In this document: positions 52,248 to 61,060 of the stretch, piece after piece
Position numbering within the stretch: the stretch's first letter is position 1
How the letters are laid out: the number at the start of each line of letters is the position of its first letter
Sequence record: OP729297.1
Length of the DNA: 64,000 bases
Strand: one strand, 5' to 3'
The notes under the pieces: model-generated
Told to the model about the DNA's origin: nothing
Databases searched by the model: none
What the model saw: the letters and a program-made list of their open reading frames with translations, nothing else
Translations under genes and position numbers: made by a program

Positions 52248-53026
52248 GTCGTTTGAAATCATATGGCTCAGGTGTTGGCTTGGACCTACGCAACTTTCCT
52301 GACTGCGTTGAGCCTGAGTACATCGAGGCTTGGGGTGCGTATATCACAACGCAAACAGCGGTTGACCTGTTCCACTCTCTGCCTCAACCTCTTGGTATGC
52401 AGCGTGTCGTAGAAGGCTTCCTGTCTTCTCTCGCTAAGACCAGTACGCAGTTCCTGTTACGTCCAGTGCCGCCTGTCACCAAGCATTCTCTCGAACAGGC
52501 CAAAGCTCTGCTCAAGCTACAGCACCGTGATCTGAAACAGTGGCTGCAACGTATTGAGTTCAGCAATAAGTTTCGTCTGGCTGACGTGTATAGTCGCACC
52601 AACAGTGACTATAACCGTGTGGCAAACTGCATCAACACCACGATCGATATCTATCTGGTGTACGTACCGCAGACAACTCGTGGTGGTATTCCGAAAGTCG
52701 GAGAGATACTCCACAAGCAGGTTCCGTACTGGTTTTCGAGCAAACAGCCAAAGGCTTTGTTCAAAACTGATAATTTGACCATGAAACTGGCAAAGTCTCC
52801 CCTGCCTGTTGTGCCGGACACTTATCCTCCGATTCAACAAGCGATGCTCTCGCCTCGTGCTTGGCATCCTTGGAATATTGATTTGGGAGTTGACTGTATG
52901 CGAGTTAAGGGTAACGCGATTGCGCTGCATCTTCAATCACGCAGACTGTGTTGCTTCCTGTCCTCGTACAAACGTCATGCTGTGGAGAAGAGGCTCAACA
53001 CTCTGGTCAAGAGCATTTTTATTTAG
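52244..53026 (+). CDS. hypothetical protein (260 aa)
   Basis: GTG start overlapping the HNH stop; GGAGG RBS. Confidence 0.75.
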   Translation: MSRLKSYGSGVGLDLRNFPDCVEPEYIEAWGAYITTQTAVDLFHSLPQPLGMQRVVEGFLSSLAKTSTQFLLRPVPPVTKHSLEQAKALLKLQHRDLKQWLQRIEFSNKFRLADVYSRTNSDYNRVANCINTTIDIYLVYVPQTTRGGIPKVGEILHKQVPYWFSSKQPKALFKTDNLTMKLAKSPLPVVPDTYPPIQQAMLSPRAWHPWNIDLGVDCMRVKGNAIALHLQSRRLCCFLSSYKRHAVEKRLNTLVKSIFI

Positions 53027-53036
53027 GAGAAGAACC

Positions 53037-53531
53037 GTGATTGACGTAAACTCGCGGCTTCATTCTCTGCTTGCTGGCATTGCGCAGAGCGATAAGCGAT
53101 ACGCAAATGCTGCTGGTGGAATCATGAAGTCCATTTCTGAGGCGAGAACGCCTATTGAATTGCCTGAGTCAGTTCTCGAACTGCTTGGCCGTTCTAATGT
53201 GCCTGATATCACTCCGTACGATCAGGAAGACCTGCTTCTGATTATGGACGCTCTTGCAAAAGCATTGCTGTTCATTCAGAATATGCCTGATACCGTACCT
53301 GTTGATGACGGTAAGTATCGCGCTTACGTTGCAGAGTATCGCATTCAATACCAGACACTGACCAATGAACAACTCACGTCTGTGTTTACGCGCGATAAGT
53401 TCGAAGGGCTTGGTCCTCTTCGGGCCTACGCTCTGGCCGTAGTGCTATCAGATATCGCCGCCGACCGTCGCTTGCCTGTTCCAAGCGTGTGGCAGTCTGT
53501 GATTGACAACTATACTAAACTGGGTGAATGA
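53037..53531 (+). CDS. hypothetical protein (164 aa)
   Basis: Start moved to GTG 53037 (AGGAG RBS). Confidence 0.7.
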   Translation: MIDVNSRLHSLLAGIAQSDKRYANAAGGIMKSISEARTPIELPESVLELLGRSNVPDITPYDQEDLLLIMDALAKALLFIQNMPDTVPVDDGKYRAYVAEYRIQYQTLTNEQLTSVFTRDKFEGLGPLRAYALAVVLSDIAADRRLPVPSVWQSVIDNYTKLGE

Positions 53532-56500
53532 TGAATCAGATTATTAGTATGTCAGCAACCGCGACACAGCAAATTGCCGATACGTTCAATCAGGCACTTT
53601 CTGTTCGTCCGTTGCCGCCCGAGTTCGACGCCAAAACGGCGAAGATGTATGCCACAGGGAAGTCGCGCCGTAACTACGAAACTCTCGCAGTGTTCACGGC
53701 ATCTACCGTTGCTCGCATCTACGCAGCATTCGACCTGATCAACTACATCGTTATCAACGGTGCAGAGTTCGAAGATATGATCGAGGTCTCTCCTGATGAC
53801 TTCGTTAAGCGTATCAAAAACAACATCGAAGCGTCCTCGCTGAAAATCAATATGATGTTGAACGGTGACAAGCTGAGCCGTGAGATTAAGACCGCTCTGG
53901 CCGAACACCTGTCTGCGTCATCTGGTGCGATCATCGAAAACAGTACGCGCTTCCCTGGCGGTAAAGATATCATCATGTCTGGTACTCCGTGCCCGACTAG
54001 TCCGCTGGCATCGAACGGTAACTTCAACGTCCTGAACAATCAGGGTAGCGACCGTCCTCGTGTTGATAAAGACGCGAACTTCGAAAGCGCTAACCTGCGT
54101 ACCTACAGCTCCGAAGTAGCGCAGTCTGCTATTCGTGTGGCGAAGACCACCTACAAAGATATCTTCGGCGTTGACCGTAGTAACAGCAATGCGTTCGACA
54201 CCAAGATGATCCGTATCCCTCTGGATAAAGACTGGTCTGTGTATAACGCTGCTCTGCGTTCTATCCATCCTCTGATGAACACGATTGATATCGATCTGTT
54301 CCGCAATCTGGATAAAGCTGTGGTTGATGGTCTTGGTGACTTCATGACTATCGGCATTCGCTCTATCCCAGGTAAAGCGATGATTGATCGTAAGATCCAG
54401 GCGATGAAGATCAGTCACGACACTCCAGTCGAGTTCAACGAAGTAGCACTGGCAACCGACGTTCGCGTTGAAGGTGGCCTGATTGTTAACTTCGAAAAAG
54501 AGATGGTTGAGTACATCTCTCAGGGCGCTGATACTCAGGCCATGTGTCTGTATCGTTGGTTCCAGGGCTGGGCGAGCTACTACTTCCGTGTTGCTAACTC
54601 AACTCGTACTGGTATCACTCGTGCTGCACGTATTCCTCGTTACGTGACCTCTGCTACCACGCTGCCTGAACTGAAAAAGCTGCGTGAGAAGTTCGGCTAC
54701 GTGGTGAACGACGTTGTGGCTGACGAGCACGGTATGACTATCATGCCGAATGGTACAATGGCAGTGCTGCCTCGCCGTGAAGATATTGATATCGAAATGG
54801 TGAAGACATACGAAACAACCCTGAATACCGTCCTCGAAGACTTGTTCGAAAAAGGTATTCCGTTGTCTACTGAGCACGACACCCTGCGTACCAACATGTT
54901 CGCAATCCAGAACAACAATCTGGACTTTGACCGTGAAGTGCAGGCTAAGTCGAAATCTCTGTCGCGTTTCAGCGATGTGTGTATCGGTATCGACCCTGAC
55001 TTCTCGCTGATCGTAAACACCTCAAACGGTGGCGGCCTGGCCGTTAACGAAACTCGTACTGTCGGCATGAAGTCTCCTAACTCTCTGGATGTTGCAGATG
55101 CTTTAGGCTACGACTTCGCAGAGCCGGGTGAAGCACCTAACTTCCGTTCTGCCTCGAACGTGATTGGTAACATCTATCACAATCAGGCGTCTGGTGGTAT
55201 GGCTCTGTATCGTCCGTCGTATGACACGATGATTGAAGCCGCTAAGGTTGAATCTGGTTCAGGCAAGTTGATTGAGAGTGTGAGTGAATCCACTATCAAG
55301 TACAACTCCACCGATGGTTCTAATCTGCCTGAGTTGCTGAACATCATCGCACAGACCTGCCAGACCTACGAGTTCATGCTCAAGAACAAACAAGTTCCTG
55401 ACCTGAAAACGCTGGTGGAGAATGCGCGTAAAGCTATCGGTATGGATGCAGAGAACGCTGCGCTGTCCGAAAGCCCGATGGATAACGGCCTGTACGAAAA
55501 CCTGATCGCCAACGACTTCTCAGTGCCTGATATGTCAAACGAGCGTCCTGCTCTGACTATGCTGCGCATTATGATTCGTGTGATGAACGACGCTGCTGGT
55601 CTGCGTGGTTCTAACCTGATTGCAACCTCTCTCAATGAGATGGGCAGCATCATGGCCGCGACTGAATCTCTACCGTCGCACACTCACTACTTCGTAATGG
55701 GTGAGAAGTCCAAACTGTCTGACATGGCACGCCTCAACAACTACTTCGGTGGTGCGTTGTATCGTGAAATGGCACAGTCTCTGGTTCGCGCTGACCGTAA
55801 GAAACTGTTTAGCTCTCTGATCGAATCTGATCAAGCTCCAGGCTCTGGCCGTCTGCAACAAATCATTCTGCCATTCGCTACCATGTACAGCGATGTGATT
55901 CCTAAGTCTCTTGAGATTTTCGAATCGGCTGAGACTGAGATTGAACGTCTGAAACCAGACAGCGGTATCACCATTGATGATATCCGTATCCCTGGTCTGA
56001 AAGATGGTGCAGCATTACTGCCGCATCAGGTCGAAGCGCACAAAACTCTGCGTCGTCGTCCACGCTTTGCAACAATCTTTATCGCGCCCGGCGGTGGTAA
56101 AACGATTATCGGCCTGACTGATATCGCGGCTACCATCAAAGAGCTGGACGACTTGGGTGAAGAAGGCATTCGTCCTCTGATCATCTGTCCGTCTAACCTC
56201 GTAGCGAACTGGTGTGACGACCTCCACAAAATCGTTGATGGCTGGAACGCAGTACCAATCACTGCTGACACCGTGAACACGTGGGGCGAAGAACGCATGT
56301 ACGATGTGATCTCTCAGTCACCTCGTAACACAATCTTCATCGTCGGCCTGAGCTATCTGCAAACTGGTACGTTCAACGTTGATATCGGCGGTGTTCGTGT
56401 TCGTGTGCGTGGTGCTGTTGAGTTCGTTAACCGCTTCAAGTTCAGCTATGTGTTGCTCGACGAGTCCCACAAAGTGAAGAACTTCTCTGGCGGTCAGGCT

Positions 56501-59374
56501 GGCTCTCAGGTTCACTTCAATACCAAAGCGGTCTTCACTGCTCCGTCCGTCCGCTATGCTCGTATCGCTACTGGTACGCTGGTAACTGACCGTGTGCGTG
56601 ATATCGTTGGTCAGGCCGCACTGATGACGCCTGCTATGTTCGGTGATTCACTGGACGTTGCGTATGATGGCGCGAAAGACGATATCGAAATGATTCGTCG
56701 TGCGCACTCACGTATGGCTAACCATACGGCGTTCATCTCGTTCAAGCGTAAGCATTGGGCGTTCATGCTGCCGAACCCGATTGATACCTTCATCCAGGTT
56801 GAGATCGATGATCCGTCAGTGCCTAACTCTGCGCTGCACCAGGAAGTGTACAACGCAATGTACGCGGAAGTTCTGGAGAAGCTGGACGAAGCGGCCAAGA
56901 ACGCCAAGAAGAAAAGTGGCGGTGGCGACGACGAGGACGACGAAGCTGGTGGTGATGGTGATTCCACATCGGATATCGACGAAGACGAAATCGAAGAAGG
57001 CGATGACCTGGGTGCATTGTTAGCGAGTAACGCTGACCTGAACATGTACTTCCAGCGTATGGAAATGATGCTGACTGACCCGATGGGTGATGACGTTGCT
57101 CGTCTGACGTTTGAAGCCGCAGGCGTTACCAACTTCGTTTCTGCGAAAGTGTTGACCATCATCGACCGTATTCGCAAGCACTTCGAAGTGCAGCCTGAGC
57201 GTGACCATCTGATCGGCGAACAGCAGATCTTCGAATGGAAGCCTGGCGTAGAGCCGCGTGAACTGGACATTGCTGTCTACAACGGTCAGAAGTATCTGGC
57301 ACGTAAGCAGTCCGAAGAGTTCAAGCGTCAAGCGCTGCCGCCTTCAATGGTTCCACCTCCAGACGATCCAGACTACTGGAAGCCTGAGGTGCAAGGCAAG
57401 CTGATTGTCTTCACTCGTTATGTTCGTGCTGCTAACGCCATCTACAATGCACTGCCATCCAACTATAAGAAAGTTGCTGTAGTGTATCACGGTGAAGTTG
57501 GTAAGCTCGGTCAGAACAAAGACGCTAACCTCGACGCTTTCAAAACTGACCCGAACGTTCAGATTCTGATTGCGAACGAACAAGCGATCTCCGAAGGCCA
57601 CAACATGCAGATGGGTAGCCGCATCATTCGCTGTGATACTCCGTGGTCACCAGGTACTTACGATCAGTCTACTGCGCGTATCTTCCGTCCTGACGTTGCT
57701 GCTGCGAAGCTGGACGAGAACGGCAAGCCAGGAGACATGGCTCGTGAAGTTGTGTTCATCGACTGGGTTATGACGAACAAGACCTTAGAAGTTGGTAAGG
57801 TTGCACGTCTGATGTGGAAGACCCTGGAGAAGACTCGCTTCGACGAGAAAGGCAACCAGCGTTACGAAGCACTCGACCAGTATAAACTGGACCCAATCAA
57901 AATGAGTGCGAAGCTGCTGATCGACAACAACACAATGGAAGACTTTGCTCCATACTTCCTTGCGAAACGTGATCTTAACGATATCGAATCGCAGGAGTTC
58001 CAGGAGATGCGTAAGACGACTATTGCTGCAATGCAGGCACTGCCGTCAACGCCAGCTCTGACTGACTTCCGTGTGATGGAGCAGACTCCGCTTGTTGCGA
58101 ACCAGAAGATTCCAGATCGTAATGGCTGGGGCACTGAGCGTCTTCTGGATTGGGCGCGTAACCGTAACTTCACTAGCGGCGAAGGGCTGAAAGATTCTCT
58201 GAATCGTGCACCTGTCGTGACTGAGTTCGGTAACGGCGTTGTCGTGTCTGTGACTGTTCGTATGGTCGATGGTAAGCTGCGTGGTGACAGTCCTATCAGT
58301 ACCGTTCGTGTTCGTCTGGCTGGCTCTGGTGAAACCGTTGCAGTTCCTGCGACGAAAGTTCACATTGCTACGAAGGTAGACAAGAACGATCTGAAACGTT
58401 TCTTCGAGGCGCGTAAAGCATGGGCGAATGAGAAAGATCGCAAACGTGCTAACGCCGAAGCTAACCGTGTTGAAGTCGAAGACACCGTTGCCGACGAAAC
58501 GCAGACTGCTGACACGAAAGAGACAGAGAAGAAAGTCGAAGCGCAAGAGCGTAAAGCTGCTCGCGTGGCCAAGCGTGTGGAGAACAAAAAGACTGGTAAG
58601 CCAATCAACGAAGGTGTTGAAGAAGCTGCCAAGAAAGTTCGCCGTCGTAAGGTTGCAGACCTGCCTCCTCTGGCTAACACCACGACTCGCATGAAGCCTG
58701 GTGCTAAAGCTGTGGCCGAAGCTACTGGTGCTGATATGGCGATGGACCTGACGCCTACCGTGTATAACGGATTCGTTGCGCTGTATGCGAACGCGACTGA
58801 CCCTGATGCAGAAGCACTCAAGGCATTCGACTTCGTTGAGTTCGGCGATTACGTTTATTACGACTGCGTGTACTACTCGGACTTCGAGGCCATGCTTGAC
58901 TTCATCGAGGTTAAGAAGAAACTGGCATTCGACAAACCATCCGAGAAACGTCTGGAGTTCGTACTGGACTTCTTCGACGAGTCTACGCCGCGTATGGGCT
59001 TCAACGTCAAACTGGCTACGAAAGGTCAGGAGCAACTGCCGAAGTTCTTCCTCGTGAAACACAAGTCTGCCTCTGATAAGAAACACGTCAAGGCATACCC
59101 GATGATCATGGAAGACCGACTGCGTATTATGTTCGACCTGAAAACCAACCCGCAGATGAAACGCTTCGTCGGTACGAAAATCCCGAACACTCGTAAGTTC
59201 GGTACGTTCGACCTGTCGCCTGGCATGTGGATTGGCTTCGTGAAGAATGTGGCTACTGCGAAAGCACGTATCAATAAGATCGTGAAAGCAGGCTACAACA
59301 TCACGAACATTAAGAAGGTCACTACTGCGCTCGACAAGTTGAAACTGACCATGTCGAAAAACAAATCAGTCTAA
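53528..59374 (+). CDS. large SNF2-like superfamily 2 helicase/ATPase (1948 aa)
   Basis: Motif I APGGGKT, II LLDESH, III ATGT, V SEGHNMQ, VI QSTARIFR; ~830-aa unknown N-terminal and ~500-aa C-terminal extensions. Confidence 0.85.
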   Translation: MMNQIISMSATATQQIADTFNQALSVRPLPPEFDAKTAKMYATGKSRRNYETLAVFTASTVARIYAAFDLINYIVINGAEFEDMIEVSPDDFVKRIKNNIEASSLKINMMLNGDKLSREIKTALAEHLSASSGAIIENSTRFPGGKDIIMSGTPCPTSPLASNGNFNVLNNQGSDRPRVDKDANFESANLRTYSSEVAQSAIRVAKTTYKDIFGVDRSNSNAFDTKMIRIPLDKDWSVYNAALRSIHPLMNTIDIDLFRNLDKAVVDGLGDFMTIGIRSIPGKAMIDRKIQAMKISHDTPVEFNEVALATDVRVEGGLIVNFEKEMVEYISQGADTQAMCLYRWFQGWASYYFRVANSTRTGITRAARIPRYVTSATTLPELKKLREKFGYVVNDVVADEHGMTIMPNGTMAVLPRREDIDIEMVKTYETTLNTVLEDLFEKGIPLSTEHDTLRTNMFAIQNNNLDFDREVQAKSKSLSRFSDVCIGIDPDFSLIVNTSNGGGLAVNETRTVGMKSPNSLDVADALGYDFAEPGEAPNFRSASNVIGNIYHNQASGGMALYRPSYDTMIEAAKVESGSGKLIESVSESTIKYNSTDGSNLPELLNIIAQTCQTYEFMLKNKQVPDLKTLVENARKAIGMDAENAALSESPMDNGLYENLIANDFSVPDMSNERPALTMLRIMIRVMNDAAGLRGSNLIATSLNEMGSIMAATESLPSHTHYFVMGEKSKLSDMARLNNYFGGALYREMAQSLVRADRKKLFSSLIESDQAPGSGRLQQIILPFATMYSDVIPKSLEIFESAETEIERLKPDSGITIDDIRIPGLKDGAALLPHQVEAHKTLRRRPRFATIFIAPGGGKTIIGLTDIAATIKELDDLGEEGIRPLIICPSNLVANWCDDLHKIVDGWNAVPITADTVNTWGEERMYDVISQSPRNTIFIVGLSYLQTGTFNVDIGGVRVRVRGAVEFVNRFKFSYVLLDESHKVKNFSGGQAGSQVHFNTKAVFTAPSVRYARIATGTLVTDRVRDIVGQAALMTPAMFGDSLDVAYDGAKDDIEMIRRAHSRMANHTAFISFKRKHWAFMLPNPIDTFIQVEIDDPSVPNSALHQEVYNAMYAEVLEKLDEAAKNAKKKSGGGDDEDDEAGGDGDSTSDIDEDEIEEGDDLGALLASNADLNMYFQRMEMMLTDPMGDDVARLTFEAAGVTNFVSAKVLTIIDRIRKHFEVQPERDHLIGEQQIFEWKPGVEPRELDIAVYNGQKYLARKQSEEFKRQALPPSMVPPPDDPDYWKPEVQGKLIVFTRYVRAANAIYNALPSNYKKVAVVYHGEVGKLGQNKDANLDAFKTDPNVQILIANEQAISEGHNMQMGSRIIRCDTPWSPGTYDQSTARIFRPDVAAAKLDENGKPGDMAREVVFIDWVMTNKTLEVGKVARLMWKTLEKTRFDEKGNQRYEALDQYKLDPIKMSAKLLIDNNTMEDFAPYFLAKRDLNDIESQEFQEMRKTTIAAMQALPSTPALTDFRVMEQTPLVANQKIPDRNGWGTERLLDWARNRNFTSGEGLKDSLNRAPVVTEFGNGVVVSVTVRMVDGKLRGDSPISTVRVRLAGSGETVAVPATKVHIATKVDKNDLKRFFEARKAWANEKDRKRANAEANRVEVEDTVADETQTADTKETEKKVEAQERKAARVAKRVENKKTGKPINEGVEEAAKKVRRRKVADLPPLANTTTRMKPGAKAVAEATGADMAMDLTPTVYNGFVALYANATDPDAEALKAFDFVEFGDYVYYDCVYYSDFEAMLDFIEVKKKLAFDKPSEKRLEFVLDFFDESTPRMGFNVKLATKGQEQLPKFFLVKHKSASDKKHVKAYPMIMEDRLRIMFDLKTNPQMKRFVGTKIPNTRKFGTFDLSPGMWIGFVKNVATAKARINKIVKAGYNITNIKKVTTALDKLKLTMSKNKSV

Positions 59375-59402
59375 AAGGTAAGGGGCTTCGGCCCCTCCTT
59401 TC
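59375..59402 (+). terminator. intrinsic terminator (UUCG loop)
   Basis: AGGGGC-TTCG-GCCCCT-CCTTTT. Confidence 0.75.
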
Positions 59403-59417
59403 ATGTGAGGACTCACC

Positions 59418-59969
59418 ATGCTGAACAAGTTCTATCAGAAGCTCCAGGTCATCATGACTATGCTCGGTCTTTATGACGGTGCATGTGATGGCGTCTGGGG
59501 CCCTAAGTGTATTGAGGCAAAACGTAAGTGGGAGATGATGGACGAGTTCGAGCCAGCTACTCCTTCAAACGGTCTGCCGTTCAACGGTCGCGGTAAGTTG
59601 CCAAAAGGCATGAACTGGGGCTTTAAGTCTCTGGACATTATCTGGGATCAGTGGGATCAAGAGAAAGCAGATGCAATCCTGAAAGAGAAGGGTGCGCTGC
59701 TGACTACTGATCTCGTTCATGCACACGCTGTAGGTGAAGTGGCAGAAGCTCGTAAAGCTGCCGAAGCCGAGCCTGTTGCTACTGTAAACACAGTGTCACA
59801 GGCACCAATCGCTGCGTCTGTACTCAACACCACTCCTGTTCAAGAGCCTGAACCTGAGCCAGAAGTGGATGACGTCGAGGAAGAGGAAGAAAACGACGCA
59901 GACGGCATCACGGAAGAGAATACTTCACCAACTCCAGTTAAGCAGAACAACTGGACTAAGAAACGATAA
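59418..59969 (+). CDS. protein with N-terminal peptidoglycan-binding-like domain and acidic tail
   Basis: LQVIMTMLGLYDGACDGVWGPKC matches the PGBD pattern LQ..L..LG...G..DG.FGP.T. Confidence 0.65.
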   Translation: MLNKFYQKLQVIMTMLGLYDGACDGVWGPKCIEAKRKWEMMDEFEPATPSNGLPFNGRGKLPKGMNWGFKSLDIIWDQWDQEKADAILKEKGALLTTDLVHAHAVGEVAEARKAAEAEPVATVNTVSQAPIAASVLNTTPVQEPEPEPEVDDVEEEEENDADGITEENTSPTPVKQNNWTKKR

Positions 59970-59978
59970 GGAACAGCA

Positions 59979-60965
59979 ATGCACGAAATCACTCTCCCAT
60001 CTGGCGCTGTGGTGTCAGTCTCTGCTGCAAATAAAAAGCAGATCGCTAACGCCGAGATTCTCTTCGGCAAGAACGCGAAACTGATCGTCAAGAAGATTGA
60101 CGAGCTGGTGAAGATTAAAGAGCTGGACACTGCAAAGCTGTCTGCTGTGCTCGACCTGCTGAACGATGCAGATGCTACTACGGCCTTCGCCAAGAAAGCT
60201 GCTGGTAAGTCTCTGGTCACTGCGATGAAGAACCTGTATAAAGCTAAGACGCTGGTGGCTACCATCAATGGTCTTCGCGCAATCAAGATGAAGCCTGTCG
60301 CGATCCAGCAGAACGCTCCTGCTAAGACGACTCGCCCTGTGCGCTCGAACACTGTTGACGCTAACGGTAAGATCGAACGCAACAAGTGGTACGTCATCGA
60401 CCACACACGTCACGCGAACGACATTATCATCAAAGGTCCGTTCAAGACCGAAGATGAAGCCGAAGCCAACGTGGAGACAGGCAAGAACAAGCGTGTCATC
60501 ATTCAGGAAGCGATTACCGGCCAAGACTGTCTGGATGAAGGTCTGACGTGGACACAGAACCCAGATCAGAAACAGACTGGTGGTACTCCTGGGTCTAAGC
60601 CTAAAGCTAAAACCAAGCTGCGGACGTTTGACCCTGCCTATTCTGTCTTACGCAACAAGACTGCCCGCCAATATGCGCCTGAGTTTATTCGCGCTGTTGA
60701 GCCGATTCCTGGTGCGGCCAAATTGCTTCGTGCTACAGGTAACCAGTTCTCCTTCTCATACAAAGATCTGGAAGTATCTGTCGTTATGAAACAGAAAGGC
60801 TGGGTGCTGACATTCATCGCTGACCACTTGAAGAAAGTGCAGAACGTCCAGATTCATCTCGGCGAACTGGACTCAATCACGAACGTCATCGATCTGTTCG
60901 CAACGAAAGACCCGTCAGCCGCGCAAGTTAATGCTGCGATCAAGAAAGGTCTGCGTAAACTTTAA
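59979..60965 (+). CDS. hypothetical basic protein (328 aa), VVSVSAA leader variant
   Basis: AAGGA RBS. Confidence 0.8.
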   Translation: MHEITLPSGAVVSVSAANKKQIANAEILFGKNAKLIVKKIDELVKIKELDTAKLSAVLDLLNDADATTAFAKKAAGKSLVTAMKNLYKAKTLVATINGLRAIKMKPVAIQQNAPAKTTRPVRSNTVDANGKIERNKWYVIDHTRHANDIIIKGPFKTEDEAEANVETGKNKRVIIQEAITGQDCLDEGLTWTQNPDQKQTGGTPGSKPKAKTKLRTFDPAYSVLRNKTARQYAPEFIRAVEPIPGAAKLLRATGNQFSFSYKDLEVSVVMKQKGWVLTFIADHLKKVQNVQIHLGELDSITNVIDLFATKDPSAAQVNAAIKKGLRKL

Positions 60966-60976
60966 TCCAAAAAAAA

Positions 60977-61006
60977 AAGGGTGGCTTCGGCCGCCCTTTC
61001 TCGTTT
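60977..61006 (+). terminator. intrinsic terminator (UUCG loop)
   Basis: AAGGGTGGC-TTCG-GCCGCCCTT-TCTCGTTT. Confidence 0.75.
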
Positions 61007-61012
61007 CTAAAT

Positions 61013-61021
61013 CTGTAAATA
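61013..61021 (+). promoter_or_regulatory. class A promoter motif CTGTAAATA
   Basis: 40 nt upstream of the DNA polymerase start. Confidence 0.6.
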
Positions 61022-61060
61022 ACAGCCATCAATTTGTGTTATACACTCTGATAGGACTAG

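Noticed and set aside
56900-57030. Second intein in the SNF2 gene or in the DNA polymerase
   Set aside because: The SNF2 insert is a short acidic linker without Cys/Ser-start and His-Asn ends; the polymerase motifs checked share one frame with plausible spacing
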